NCBI GenBank assembly: GCA_964596325.1
Contig: CAZQSQ010000002.1
Location: 10,820-74,819, forward strand
From: an uncultured Candidatus Saccharibacteria bacterium
Lineage (GTDB): Bacteria > Patescibacteriota > Minisyncoccia > Minisyncoccales > JAGOPM01
Direction of reading: 5' to 3'
DNA: 64,000 nucleotides
The position numbers and the translations under genes were made by a program. The notes below the pieces were generated by a model, which searched no databases, was not told where the DNA came from, and saw only the letters and a program-made list of their open reading frames with translations. Below, in pieces: positions 38,373 through 49,400 of this stretch; position 1 is the stretch's first letter, and every line of letters begins with the position of its first letter.

Positions 38373-39473
38373 TCAGTTACAGGAAGCGTTGCTGGAAGCA
38401 GCCGCGCCAGTGTTGGGCCCCATACCGGCCGAAGCTGCAGACTCGGAAAGCTTTTGGTCGCACTCTGCCGGCTTGTTATTGAAAGCATTGCAAATGGCGG
38501 TCTTAAATCCTTCCGGTGAACGAGTCACATTAGAAACCTCCGTACCATTAATAACCAAAGTCGGAGAACCCTGAACAGCGAATTGCTTGTTTAGCTCATC
38601 GTGTAAGGCAAAGGCCGGAAAGCCCTTCTCTTGGCTGTATTCGTAATCCTTGGCATTGGCGGAAAGCTTAAGCTCGGAAAAAGTCTTGCTATAGCAGCTC
38701 TCCAGCTTGGCGGTATCAATACCCGCTTTGCTTGCACAGCTGCTGTGGGCGGGATTATAGCAAGCCTCGGCGGCTGCTTGGGCTGCAGCGGCATCTTTGA
38801 GCGCGGCCGCAGCCTTTTGGCAGGCGCTGACATCGTAAGTGGCAAAGCAAGTCAAGTAAGCATTATATTTATCATTCTGCTCCTTTTCAATGCAATACTG
38901 CCGAATATTTTGATCAGCTTCTTTTTTGCCGTGCATTATATAATTCACATAATAAATGCCGATATCAGCCTTATCCTTGAGCAGCTGCATCGCGGGCAAA
39001 ATAGCCTTCTCGGCCTGCAAGCCGAATGGGCAAAAAGACATGACAAATAATTTAACCTCGGGCTTGTCACTCTTTTTTACTTCTTTGGTAGCCGCGGCAT
39101 TTCCTTCTTTATTGGCATCTTCTTTCTTTTTAATCTCGATCAATTCGCCGGGGAAAATTGCTTGGCCGTCCTTGGTAACCGACAAGACACCTACTTCAAT
39201 CTCTGTGCCCTTATCATCCTTGGTTTTAATTTTAACCGTGTAAAGACCATGGCTTTCGCTAATGGTTTTTTCGTCATAAAAATATTCCGGAGATTCTGGC
39301 GTGCGGAAATTCTCATTGACATATTTCATCGCGTCTTTAATCGCGACACCTTTGGAAACGCCTCCAATAGAAAGACCTCCCTTCATCGCGAAAGCAAATA
39401 CGATTGCGAGCAGCAGCAATACCGCTACTATCGGCCAAAGTAAATTCTGGCCCTTTTGTTGTTCTTCTGCCAT
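38373..39473 (-). CDS. Extracytoplasmic DsbA-like thioredoxin-fold protein with a degenerate CPFG motif (paralog B)
   Basis: N-terminal TM helix, FVMSFCPFGLQAEK, YYVNYIMHG, QGSPTLVINGTEV and a C-terminal ..ASCN. Collinear with paralog A over the whole C-terminal region. Confidence 0.55.
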   Translation of the reverse strand: MAEEQQKGQNLLWPIVAVLLLLAIVFAFAMKGGLSIGGVSKGVAIKDAMKYVNENFRTPESPEYFYDEKTISESHGLYTVKIKTKDDKGTEIEVGVLSVTKDGQAIFPGELIEIKKKEDANKEGNAAATKEVKKSDKPEVKLFVMSFCPFGLQAEKAILPAMQLLKDKADIGIYYVNYIMHGKKEADQNIRQYCIEKEQNDKYNAYLTCFATYDVSACQKAAAALKDAAAAQAAAEACYNPAHSSCASKAGIDTAKLESCYSKTFSELKLSANAKDYEYSQEKGFPAFALHDELNKQFAVQGSPTLVINGTEVSNVTRSPEGFKTAICNAFNNKPAECDQKLSESAASAGMGPNTGAAASSNASCN

Positions 39474-39561
39474 AAATGTTGTGTTTTATTTTTTATTTTA
39501 TTTTTTGACTATTTAATTATGGTCCGGGAATAAAAACTGTAAAGATTGAAAAATATCAAAT

Positions 39562-41085
39562 TTATGTTGTTATCAAGCTTTGGCCGGTCATTTCTCTTGG
39601 TTGAGGTAAAGACAGTATCTGTAAAGCCGTGGGGGCGATATCTTTGAGCTCGCCATCGGCCTTCAACTTGGCTTTGGCTAAAGCGGCCTCGCGCGAAACC
39701 AAGACAAATTCTACCGGATTGGTTGTGTGGCTAGTCGCGGTTAATTCACTTTTATCCTCCGCATTGCCGTGATCGGCGAAGACAAAAACTGTGTAACCGT
39801 TTTGTAAAGCCGCGGTGACAATATCTTTGCAAGCGTTATCCACCGCCTTAATCGCTACCTCAATAGCCTCCTTTTTGGCCGTATGGCCAACCATGTCAGC
39901 ATTAACCAAATTAGTCACAACTAAATCATATTCTTTCTTATCAAGCTCACCACAAAGGCGCTGAGCAATTTCTGGCGCCGCCATTTGCGGCTGCAAATCA
40001 TAAGTGGCCACCTTGGGAGAATTTATCAAAATCCTTTGTTCATTCTCAAAAGGCTTCTCGATTTGGCCATTGAAAAAGAATGTGACGTGCGCATACTTTT
40101 CCGTTTCAGAAATTCTTAACTGCTTTAATCCCGCTTGACTGACTACCTCGCCCAAAAAGTTAATGGGCTTTTCTTCGGTAAAGGCGACCAAACAGGGCAT
40201 GGGCGTATAATACTGCGTCATGGCCACAAAAACACCCTTAAATTTACTACGCGCAAACGGAGTAAATTCTTCTTCGATTAGCGCTTGGGTGATCTGGCGG
40301 GTTCGATCAGTCCGGAAATTGAAAAATATCAAAGAGTCGCTGTCGCTCAAACCGCAATACCCTTCTTTGCAAGCCGGGATAATAAACTCATCGGTCACTT
40401 CCTGTGCATAACAGCCCTTTAGATAATCGAAAGGTAAAGAAAATTTTTCCGCGGCTTTGGCATCTTTCAAGCATTGGTAATATTTTTGCGTGCGCTCAAA
40501 ACGCTTGTCGCGATCCATGGCATAATAGCGCCCGGATATCGTGGCGATTTCGCCAAAACCGATAACATTGAGCTTTTCCTGAATCTTGCACAAATTATCG
40601 ATGCCGGCCTTGGGGGGCGCATCCCGGCCATCGGTTATGACATGGACTAAAACCTTGCGAAAGCCCTTTTCCTTGCATAAATCCAAAAGCGCGAACAAAT
40701 GGTCTAAATGGCTGTGCACGCCCTCAAATTGCGCCAAACCCATCAGATGCAAATACCCGTTGTTCTTAGAAGCGTGATCGAGGGCTGCCAAAAAAGCTGC
40801 ATTGGAAAAAAATGTCCTGTCCTCAATGGCATGCAAAATGCGGGGCAGTGATTGGTAGACAACCCGCCCGCCGCCGATAGTCATATGCCCGACTTCGGAA
40901 TTGCCCTGATAGCCTTTGGGCAAACCCACAGCCTCACCGCTACACTTCAAAAGCGTGTGCGGGTATTGCGCAGCCAAAGAAAAGCAAAAAGGCGCATTGG
41001 AAGCATTGATAAAATTATGTTCGGAATTTTCCGAATAGCCCCAACCGTCGCGGATTAGAAATAAAACGGGATCTTTCGCCTTCAT
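39562..41085 (-). CDS. gpmI: 2,3-bisphosphoglycerate-independent phosphoglycerate mutase
   Basis: iPGM N-terminal phosphatase-domain motifs ([25 protein letters not shown]). 507 aa. Confidence 0.9.
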   Translation of the reverse strand: MKAKDPVLFLIRDGWGYSENSEHNFINASNAPFCFSLAAQYPHTLLKCSGEAVGLPKGYQGNSEVGHMTIGGGRVVYQSLPRILHAIEDRTFFSNAAFLAALDHASKNNGYLHLMGLAQFEGVHSHLDHLFALLDLCKEKGFRKVLVHVITDGRDAPPKAGIDNLCKIQEKLNVIGFGEIATISGRYYAMDRDKRFERTQKYYQCLKDAKAAEKFSLPFDYLKGCYAQEVTDEFIIPACKEGYCGLSDSDSLIFFNFRTDRTRQITQALIEEEFTPFARSKFKGVFVAMTQYYTPMPCLVAFTEEKPINFLGEVVSQAGLKQLRISETEKYAHVTFFFNGQIEKPFENEQRILINSPKVATYDLQPQMAAPEIAQRLCGELDKKEYDLVVTNLVNADMVGHTAKKEAIEVAIKAVDNACKDIVTAALQNGYTVFVFADHGNAEDKSELTATSHTTNPVEFVLVSREAALAKAKLKADGELKDIAPTALQILSLPQPREMTGQSLITT

Positions 41086-42380
41086 CTTATTTGGCGGAAA
41101 TTATTGCCGGCATATTCGCAATTAAGGCCCAATTCCTCCTCGATGCGCATAAGCTGATTATATTTTGCCAGCCTTTCGGAGCGGCAAGGTGCGCCGGTTT
41201 TAATCTGCCCGGCCATGATGCCCACAACCAAATCCGCAATAAAGCTATCTTCTGTCTCGCCTGAGCGATGCGAAACCATTACGCCCCAATTAGCCCCCTT
41301 GGCATCGATGCAAGCCTGAACCGCTTCCGAAACAGTGCCAATCTGGTTGACCTTAAGCAACAAGGCATTGCAGGCCTTTTTTTCAATAGCTGTGGCGATT
41401 CTCTTGGGATTAGTAACCAGCAAATCATCTCCGACAATTTGAACCTTCTCACCCAAAACCTCGGTTAATTTTTGGTAAGACTGCCAGTCGTCCTGATCGA
41501 ATGGATCTTCAATGGAGATAATGTCGTATTTTTCCACAAATCCTTTATAAATCTCCACCATCTCATCCCCGGTCTTCCAATCCGCTTGGGCAGCCTCGCC
41601 CTTAAAATTCAAATTATATTTTCCTTCTTGAAAAAATTCCGAAGCGGCCACGTCCATGCCGATTTTTACCTTGCCCGAATAGCCGGCCTTTTTAATGGCC
41701 TCGCTTAAAATATCCAAAGCTTCGTGGGCGTCCTGCACGTCCGGAGCAAAACCGCCTTCATCCCCGACGTTAGTGGCATTCAGGCCGTATTTGGCTTTGA
41801 GAATGGATTTGAGAGTTTGATAAATTTCCGCCCCGTAGCGCATCGCCTCGCGGAAATTGGGTGCACCAACAGGCAAAATCATAAATTCCTGCATGGCCAA
41901 TTTATTACCCGCATGGCTGCCCCCATTAATGACATTTAAGCTGGGCACGGGCAAAACAAATTTGTGCACATCGAAATTTTTGGCTAAAAACGCATACAAT
42001 GGCAATCCCTCTTGCGCCGCCAGAGCTTTGCAAGCAGCCATGGAAACCGCCAAAATCGCATTGGCTCCGAATTTACTTTTATTCTCCGTTCCATCAGCGT
42101 GCAAAAGCAAAGCGTCGATTTCAGCAATAGTGGCCACTTCCCGATTTTCTAAAAGCCGGGCAATCGCTTCGTTGACATTTTTTACCGCCTTAAGCACTCC
42201 TTTGCCGCCGAAACGGGCTTTATCGCCATCGCGCATTTCCAAGGCTTCATAAATACCGGTGCTGGCCCCTGAGGGCACGGAAGAACGGAACAAGCCTTTT
42301 TCGGTCAGTAAATCAACCTCCACAGTGGGGTTTCCGCGAGAATCTAAAATCTCGCGGGCAATTATTCTTTGTATTTTCAT
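41082..42380 (-). CDS. eno: Enolase
   Basis: Begins [23 protein letters not shown]; carries the enolase signature and catalytic loop. 432 aa. Confidence 0.95.
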   Translation of the reverse strand: MKIQRIIAREILDSRGNPTVEVDLLTEKGLFRSSVPSGASTGIYEALEMRDGDKARFGGKGVLKAVKNVNEAIARLLENREVATIAEIDALLLHADGTENKSKFGANAILAVSMAACKALAAQEGLPLYAFLAKNFDVHKFVLPVPSLNVINGGSHAGNKLAMQEFMILPVGAPNFREAMRYGAEIYQTLKSILKAKYGLNATNVGDEGGFAPDVQDAHEALDILSEAIKKAGYSGKVKIGMDVAASEFFQEGKYNLNFKGEAAQADWKTGDEMVEIYKGFVEKYDIISIEDPFDQDDWQSYQKLTEVLGEKVQIVGDDLLVTNPKRIATAIEKKACNALLLKVNQIGTVSEAVQACIDAKGANWGVMVSHRSGETEDSFIADLVVGIMAGQIKTGAPCRSERLAKYNQLMRIEEELGLNCEYAGNNFRQIR

Positions 42381-43255
42381 AAATCTAATTTTTTGAGATA
42401 ATCTTTGAATTCCGTGAATTCGGGATCTTGCACCGCAAATTCAACTACAGTTTTAAGATATTCTACCTTATTGCCAGTATCGTAATATTTGCCGTCATCT
42501 AAAACGATAGTATAAACCGGCACACCTTCGGATTGCAATAAATTAATAGCATCCACCAACCAAACTTCCCCGCCCTTGCCAGGCTTGATGCGCTTAAGGG
42601 CATCGATAATTTCGGGAGGCAAGATATAAGCACCGTGTGTAGCAATATTGGATGGTGCTTCATCGGGCTCGGGTTTTTCCACAATTTTTTTGACTTTATA
42701 AATATTGCCCTCGACCGGCTCCAAATCAGCAATGCCATACCGGCGCAAATCTTCCTTTTTCTCAATGCGCACACCCGAGATAACAATGCCGCCAAGCTTC
42801 TCATAAACTTCAATCATCTGTTTGAGTCGCGGCGGGTTGGCATGGATAAATTCATCTCCCCAGAGCACGGCAAAAGGCTCATTTTTTATAACCGGTTCAG
42901 CGCACAAAACCGGTGTGCCATTGCCATAGGCACCCTTTTGCCTGATATAAATAAAATTGGCCATGGTGGCGATATCAGTAATCTCTTTAAGTATTTTTTC
43001 CTTGCCACCGGCTTGCAAATTATTAACCAAATCCTGATTGGGCACGTCAAAATGATCCTCAATGGCGCGCTTGTTGGCGCCAGTCACAATCACGACATTT
43101 TCCAACCCGGATTCAACAATTTCCTCGACCACGTATTGAATAACCGGTTTGTCGACAATAGGGAGCATCTCTTTGGGCATGGCTTTGGTCTGCGGCAAAA
43201 ATCGCGTTCCCATTCCGGCGGCCGGAATTACTGCTGTTCTAATTTTCTTTTGCAT
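42377..43255 (-). CDS. galU: UTP--glucose-1-phosphate uridylyltransferase
   Basis: [34 protein letters not shown] nucleotidyltransferase N-terminus typical of GalU. Confidence 0.85.
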   Translation of the reverse strand: MQKKIRTAVIPAAGMGTRFLPQTKAMPKEMLPIVDKPVIQYVVEEIVESGLENVVIVTGANKRAIEDHFDVPNQDLVNNLQAGGKEKILKEITDIATMANFIYIRQKGAYGNGTPVLCAEPVIKNEPFAVLWGDEFIHANPPRLKQMIEVYEKLGGIVISGVRIEKKEDLRRYGIADLEPVEGNIYKVKKIVEKPEPDEAPSNIATHGAYILPPEIIDALKRIKPGKGGEVWLVDAINLLQSEGVPVYTIVLDDGKYYDTGNKVEYLKTVVEFAVQDPEFTEFKDYLKKLDL

Positions 43256-43261
43256 ATTTTT

Positions 43262-44629
43262 TTACTTTTTAATTCTTAAAAATGCGGGGATATCCCATTT
43301 CTTTTCCTGCTCAGACATTTTCTTTTCGCTATCTTCGGCCTCGCGCTTAATCTCAATAGCATTCTTGCGCAAATTGTCACTGCCCTTATCGGGTGCAGGA
43401 TGAGTGGTAATGGTAATTTTTTGAGCCGGCTTGCTCGCTGCTTTTTTTACGGGCTTTTTGTGCTTGGCTTTGGGTGTCGGCGGCTTTACTTCGGGCTTAA
43501 CTTCTGGTTTGCTTTCGCGAAAAATGGCGTCCCGGATATTTTTGACAGGACTGCCCTCACCGATAGCTAAAAGCGTTACCCGAATCTTGTCGCTTTTGTC
43601 CGAACGCAGCAAAATTCCAAAAATTATTTTGGCTTTGATGTTGGGCGAAGTGATGCGTTGGGCGATTTCTTCAACCTCCATCATTTTCAAATCGGCTGGA
43701 CCGGTAATATTAAACATTATCCTTTCAACCTCGATGGCTTTGGCTTCCCGGCCGCTGACAATACCATTGTCCACCAAAGGATTATCCAAAAGCTTTTCAA
43801 TCATGGTATTGAGGTCTTTGCGCTCCCCCTCAATGCTATTTTGGTAAGCGGTTTTTCCATAACCCTCCAAGATGCTCCGAAAATCCGCAAAATCAATATT
43901 GATCAAACCCGCCTCGTAAAGCGTTTCCAAAAGACCCTTGATGGTCATGGCCAAGCTTTTATTGATGGCAGAAAACGATTGCTTGATGGCCGTGCGCGGG
44001 TCGATTACCTTGAATATTTTTTCATTAGGAATAACTAAAGAAGCGGAAAGATGCGGCCGGATATTTTCCAAAGACTCTTGGGCAATGCGGCGGCGCTTTT
44101 CTCCCTCAAATTCGAACGGGAGGGTAAAAATTCCCAAGCTAATTTTGTGTGCTAAGCGTGACGCTTCGGCAAAAATTGGCATCGCGCCCGAGCCAGTTCC
44201 CCCGCCCAAGCCGGAGATAAAAATGCACAAATCACAATTTGCCACTTCTCTTTTTATTTCTTCTTTGGATTGCTCGGCAGCTTGGCGGGCCAAATCAGGA
44301 TTCATACCGCAGCCCAAGCCGTTAGTTAAACCCTTGCCCAAAACCAATTTGCGAACATTTTCCGGTAAAGATTCCAAACTTTGAATATCGGTATTGGCAG
44401 CCAAAAAAGAAATTTTCTTATTCGGGGCAACAATATTGGCAATCTCCCCGACAATCGAGCAACCTCCGCCGCCCACTCCAAAAACCTTTATTTTAATTGC
44501 GGGGTTTTCCATGGAGTGCGCCTTGGCTTGTTCGATTATCTCCTTGGCAATATCCTGAGATAAAGGGGCCGGAGCTTTGGTTTGATTTTTTTTATCCGCT
44601 TTTTCCATAAAATTTGGCAGAATTACCAT
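43262..44629 (-). CDS. ftsZ: Cell division GTPase FtsZ with a long K/P-rich C-terminal linker
   Basis: GVGGGGCS, the tubulin signature GGGTGSG and the T7 loop. The C-terminal roughly 100 aa are lysine/proline-rich. The start could be 44629 or 44608. Confidence 0.9.
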   Translation of the reverse strand: MVILPNFMEKADKKNQTKAPAPLSQDIAKEIIEQAKAHSMENPAIKIKVFGVGGGGCSIVGEIANIVAPNKKISFLAANTDIQSLESLPENVRKLVLGKGLTNGLGCGMNPDLARQAAEQSKEEIKREVANCDLCIFISGLGGGTGSGAMPIFAEASRLAHKISLGIFTLPFEFEGEKRRRIAQESLENIRPHLSASLVIPNEKIFKVIDPRTAIKQSFSAINKSLAMTIKGLLETLYEAGLINIDFADFRSILEGYGKTAYQNSIEGERKDLNTMIEKLLDNPLVDNGIVSGREAKAIEVERIMFNITGPADLKMMEVEEIAQRITSPNIKAKIIFGILLRSDKSDKIRVTLLAIGEGSPVKNIRDAIFRESKPEVKPEVKPPTPKAKHKKPVKKAASKPAQKITITTHPAPDKGSDNLRKNAIEIKREAEDSEKKMSEQEKKWDIPAFLRIKK

Positions 44630-45183
44630 TCTGCCCGGTTAATTTTCAAATAAAAACCGATTTTGTTGATAATGACGTGTAAAATAAAAGTGAAGACCAG
44701 TAAAATTACCCAAATCCGGATATCGGCCAGCTTGCCGATAAGAAAAAATACGAAGCCTACACCAATGACATAATTGATTTGGTCCCAAATAATCCAGCTT
44801 TCCCCGGGCTCCAAATTAATCCGTCTCTTAATAAAGCTGAAAAGCAAATCGCCGCAGAGCGCGCCTAAAGGAATAAGAATGCCCAACCATAAAGGTTCTT
44901 TGCTGTAATCAAGAATGGAGATGGCTTGGAAAAAATCAGCGACGTAAAGCAGCTTTTGCACAACATAAATCAGAAAACCGACCAAAGTCCCTAGAATAAG
45001 TCCGCGCCAAGTTTTATGGTCTCCAAAAATATCATTGCCCCGGAATTTCCTTCCCCCATCAACGGGCTTGTTCAAAAATTCCGCAATACCTAAAAAACGC
45101 AAAACCGGCGGCGTCATATTGGCAAAATACGCCGGCAAAAAAAAGTATAAACACTGGACGATTAATTGGGAGGAAAAATTCAT
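44623..45183 (-). CDS. CDP-archaeol synthase-like (DUF46/CarS family) CTP-dependent membrane protein
   Basis: Five or six TM helices and a GDHKTWRG motif like the CarS family. 186 aa. Confidence 0.55.
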   Translation of the reverse strand: MNFSSQLIVQCLYFFLPAYFANMTPPVLRFLGIAEFLNKPVDGGRKFRGNDIFGDHKTWRGLILGTLVGFLIYVVQKLLYVADFFQAISILDYSKEPLWLGILIPLGALCGDLLFSFIKRRINLEPGESWIIWDQINYVIGVGFVFFLIGKLADIRIWVILLVFTFILHVIINKIGFYLKINRAEW

Positions 45184-46436
45184 CAGATAAGCTTTGATTG
45201 TTTTTTTTCTTTGCGATGAGCCGCTTCCAAACCTTTCAACTTGCCGTAAACCCCATCATAGCCGGCCTCCATTTGCACTTTATCCAAACGCACTAGCTCG
45301 ACAGCTGCGGCAATTCCTTCATCAGAATGGCGGGCAATGTCGGCTATCGGCGTTTCAAGCAATAATTCAAACTCACTGGCGACATTTTGGACCAGTTTTT
45401 CATATTGCTCTTTCACCTTGCGGCTAGTGGGGCCAACACCAAAAACATAAGCAATTATCTCTTCGAGCGGGACAATATGCTTAAAGCCAATAGCACCCTC
45501 GGGCTTGAAACCTGAAGGATGTTGGGCGATTTGCTCAACCCGGCTCAGCACGCCAATTGTGAGTTTTTGCCCGCAAACCGGACATAGGCCATTATAGCGC
45601 GCAGTTTCTTTTGGGTCAAAGCTTATTTGACAATTAGCATGCCCGTCATTGTAATATTTACCCTCTTGCGGAAAAAACTCGATTGTGTTCAAAAATTGGC
45701 TATTGTCACGTTTTTTAATTGCCCCGATAATGAAAGTGTAATCCAAATCGCAGGCAAAAACATTGGCCTCCCGGCCTAATTTTTGGATAGAGTGCGCGTC
45801 AGAGTTGCTTAACAGCGAAAGGCGGCTGCCATCAGATGTACGCCAAACCATGGCCGGGTCGGCAGAGAGCCCGGTTTCCAAAGCATAAATTTCTGGAGTC
45901 AGTTCCTCAAAACATTCCTGCAAGGAATCAAAACCGGATTTGCTGCCAAAAACCGAAAACCACGGCGTAAAACAATGTCCGGGAACAAAAAGCCCTTGCG
46001 GTGCGCAATCCAAAAAAATTTTTAGCAGTTCTTTGGTATCCAAGCCCAAAATCGGCCGTCCATCGGAATGCAAATTAAATTTTGACAACCTTTCGTTGAA
46101 TTTTTTTGCCGCGGCAATATCAGGAAAAATTACGACAATATGGATCTTGCGCACTTTGCCTCCCTTGCTGTAGATGCAGCTAATTTCCCCAGTAACGGCA
46201 AAATGCACTTGCTTTTCGGGCTCTAAAAGCGAATCGCGCAAAAGATAAAAACCGCTACCCGTTTGTTCCAATTTGGTTTCCATCTCTTTCATCCACAAAG
46301 GATGGGTACAGTCCCCTGTACCCAAAACTTTGATGCCTTTGCGGCACGCACCTTGTTCAAGCGCCTCCAAAGTAATGGCACTGGAAGTGGCGCGCGAATA
46401 TCGGGAATGAATGTGGAAATCGGCTATCAGCTTCAT
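45183..46436 (-). CDS. Endonuclease Q-like PHP-domain nuclease
   Basis: MKLIADFHIHSRYSRATS..VLGTGDCTHPLW closely parallels the archaeal EndoQ N-terminus (DLHIHSxYS..LVGTGD). C-terminal Zn-ribbon-like CPVCGQKL. Start set at the internal Met because the extension overlaps the upstream gene. Confidence 0.65.
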   Translation of the reverse strand: MKLIADFHIHSRYSRATSSAITLEALEQGACRKGIKVLGTGDCTHPLWMKEMETKLEQTGSGFYLLRDSLLEPEKQVHFAVTGEISCIYSKGGKVRKIHIVVIFPDIAAAKKFNERLSKFNLHSDGRPILGLDTKELLKIFLDCAPQGLFVPGHCFTPWFSVFGSKSGFDSLQECFEELTPEIYALETGLSADPAMVWRTSDGSRLSLLSNSDAHSIQKLGREANVFACDLDYTFIIGAIKKRDNSQFLNTIEFFPQEGKYYNDGHANCQISFDPKETARYNGLCPVCGQKLTIGVLSRVEQIAQHPSGFKPEGAIGFKHIVPLEEIIAYVFGVGPTSRKVKEQYEKLVQNVASEFELLLETPIADIARHSDEGIAAAVELVRLDKVQMEAGYDGVYGKLKGLEAAHRKEKKQSKLI

Positions 46437-46437
46437 A

Positions 46438-49400
46438 CTATTTGAATTCCTGGCAGCTGCCCGCATACGGACACCATTTGTCCGTGGCTCTGGTAACTGT
46501 AAGGTCTAAATACTTTTCTACTTGTTTCCTACCTTGCAGGCAAGTGATATAGAAACGGACCGGGCTTTCCACTTCCTTCATGCCAAAGGGCGCGGAAGCA
46601 TAAAAGGAGAAATCGAATTGCTGATAATTAACCGACATTTTCTTGGAAATCGGGAAAATAATTTTTTGCGGGTTGACTCCGATTACCTCGGCCGCCACGG
46701 CCGCTCCTTTGGATTTAGCGCTGCCGGTGATAAATTTCAGACCGCTGGGCAAAATTCCCTCGATAGTCATCTTGCTATCCCTGTCGCAGCCAAATGCCTT
46801 GGCTAATGCGCTCGAACCGTCGTCAGGGTTAAAATAGGGCAGATTTCCGCTGTTTTGGAAATAGCCAAGCCTCTCCATAATACCCTTGCCCACCGCTTTA
46901 GCCACTGCTTTGTCTTTGATGTCGCGGGCATCCTCGCTCCATTTGGGAGTTTCTTCAAAAATATCAAATTTACGCTCTCGGCTCGGATCGGTTTCGTAAA
47001 TATACCAAGCCGCATACATATCGATCTTATTCTTCTGGGCGGCTCGGGCTTCCCGAATTGCGGCTGAAACGCACTGGTCGGACATAAAATTAGCCGTAGT
47101 CAGCGAACCGTGGCAAACAGCCTTAGCCACGCTATTACGTGTTTCACTGTCCGTATAACCGCCATCTTCGGTAGGCAAGCCTTCGGAAAGAATAAGCATG
47201 ACTTTTACATCACCGGCGCGGCCGGCAGTTATCAAGGCTTGGTGGGCCATATTGATTGCCTTGGCCAAATTGGTTGTCCCGCCGTAAGAAAGCGAATCCA
47301 CGGCCGAATTCCAAGTATTAATATTCTGGGTAAAAGCCAAAGGAATGCCGTTATTAGTCATCTTCAACTTGGCTGTACCGTGGCTGGCTTCGATGATACC
47401 GATATTATCCTTACCGCTCTCCGTATTTATTTGGCCATACAACCCCTTAATAACCTGACGATATTGCTCCAAGAATTTTGCACGGTCCGGGGCATTGGCC
47501 GGGACATTCATAGATTCGGAAAGATCGGCCACAATCATCACATAGCGGGAAATGTCAAAATCTTCAGCTTTTAAGTTGCTGCCGCGGGTTAGCTCACCGC
47601 TGAATTGATAGCAGCCGCAATATTCTTCCAAGGGCAAAAGGATTGTCTGGTTTTCCGATATCTTGTCGAGCTGGCCACCTTGGGAGGTCGCCATATATTC
47701 CAAAGTAATATCGAATTTTTTATCCTTATCCAAATCCATGCTGGCCTTATCCAAAGAAAATTTGATATTAAACGGCTGCGTTTCGCCGAATTTCATTTCT
47801 CTGTTAAAGGCAACCGCGTAACTGACTGTCCCGTCAGGCGACTCGCTGGCCTTGCGCGCTCCGGCTACCGTTACTTTTTTAGGCGCTCTCACAACCACGC
47901 TCAGAGAACTGCAACCCTCGTTGAATTTGCACATGATAGCACCCTTAAAATACGTATAAGCAAATTTTCCTTGCGTGCCGCATTCCGTGCAAAAATCCGC
48001 TTTAACTTCCACGCGGGGCGGAGGCGGGCGGCGACAAAGAGCAAACTCTTGCGGGCTAGGCAGGCTCTGCGCTGCTGGCTCGGCCACGGAAGAAGCCGTA
48101 ACTACGTCTTTCCCGGCAAAAACTGAAGCCTTGATATTGAATAATGCCGCGTTATTTTTCAACGAAGATCCCGTAATCAGCTTCTCAAGATTTTCATGGT
48201 CCACCTGCCACTTGAGGTTGACATATTCGGTTTCACCGGCGGCAAGCAAGGGTATGGAAAAGCGTAAATTGCCCGGCTTAATCTCAGAAAATTCCACTTT
48301 ATCTAAGGCGCTTTCAAAACCGGCATAGCGGACCAAATATTTTGGCGAGTAGGCCACATTTACACTGACGTTTTGGCAATTCAGCTGGCCTTCGCATTTA
48401 AGGGCGATACTGCTTGTGCCGATATAATTTACCGAACCGGGATTATAGCAATCAAATTCCGTTTTAACGCTGGAGACTATATTTATCTTGGGCAATTCGC
48501 CCTTGGGCGGCTCCTTGCACTCTTCGGGAATGGGCATGGCAAAAGTGATATTTTCTATCTTGCCATACTGGCGGGTGTAGCCATTGGTATAATTTAGTTG
48601 CGCCTTAGCCAAACCGGATTGCGGCAAGCTGCCCGAGTAGTTGAGGCTGACATCAAACTCAATGGTTTTGGATTCTCCGGGCACCATATCACCCAAAGAA
48701 AAGCGCACCCCGTTCATGCCGTCAAAAGAATTGTCGTAAACCGCCCCTCCGCCTTGCAGGCTGCTTGAATATTTGAAAGTTTTGGCAATATAAGAGGCGT
48801 AAACCGGAAACTTATCGGAAAGATAAATGTCTTGGCATTTGAATTGCGGATAATTGCCTATGCAGGTTACCTTGAAAGTTAAATGAGCGACACACTTGTT
48901 TAACGCAATATTGCGCTCGATGGCAATGTCTAAACCGCCCTCCTTTTTATCCTCGGGTTTTACGCACATGGAGGCCTTATTCATTCCCAAATCCAATTCC
49001 CGCTTATAGCCGCTGGAATCGACGAAACGATAAAGACTCTTGGGAAAATCCACAAGATTGCCCGGATTGCTCACCTTATAATCCTTGTCGAAAATCACTT
49101 GAAAATTCATGATTTCCCCCATAGTCATATTCCCCGTATTCCATTTAACGACGGAATTATTCTGCTCCATACCCAAAAGCTTGGCCTTACTTGGATAATT
49201 AACCGTGCTGAATTTATAATTGCCCTTGGCGCGCAATTCCAAAGAAGAATTGTCGCAGACCGGCGGCGGAGAAGTTTTTGACTTGGTGATAATTTTGTCA
49301 AAAATGGAATTAAGATCGGAAAGCGTCTCAGACTCAAAATAATAATCATCGCCCTTGGCCATATCGCGCAACAGTTGCCTGGCATTCTTAGCTGCCTCTT

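Noticed and set aside
38294-38488. 65-codon N-terminal extension of the GAPDH ORF
   Set aside because: The extension overlaps the 3' end of the upstream DsbA-like gene and has no GAPDH homology. The conserved MPKIAINGFGRIGR start is at 38293.
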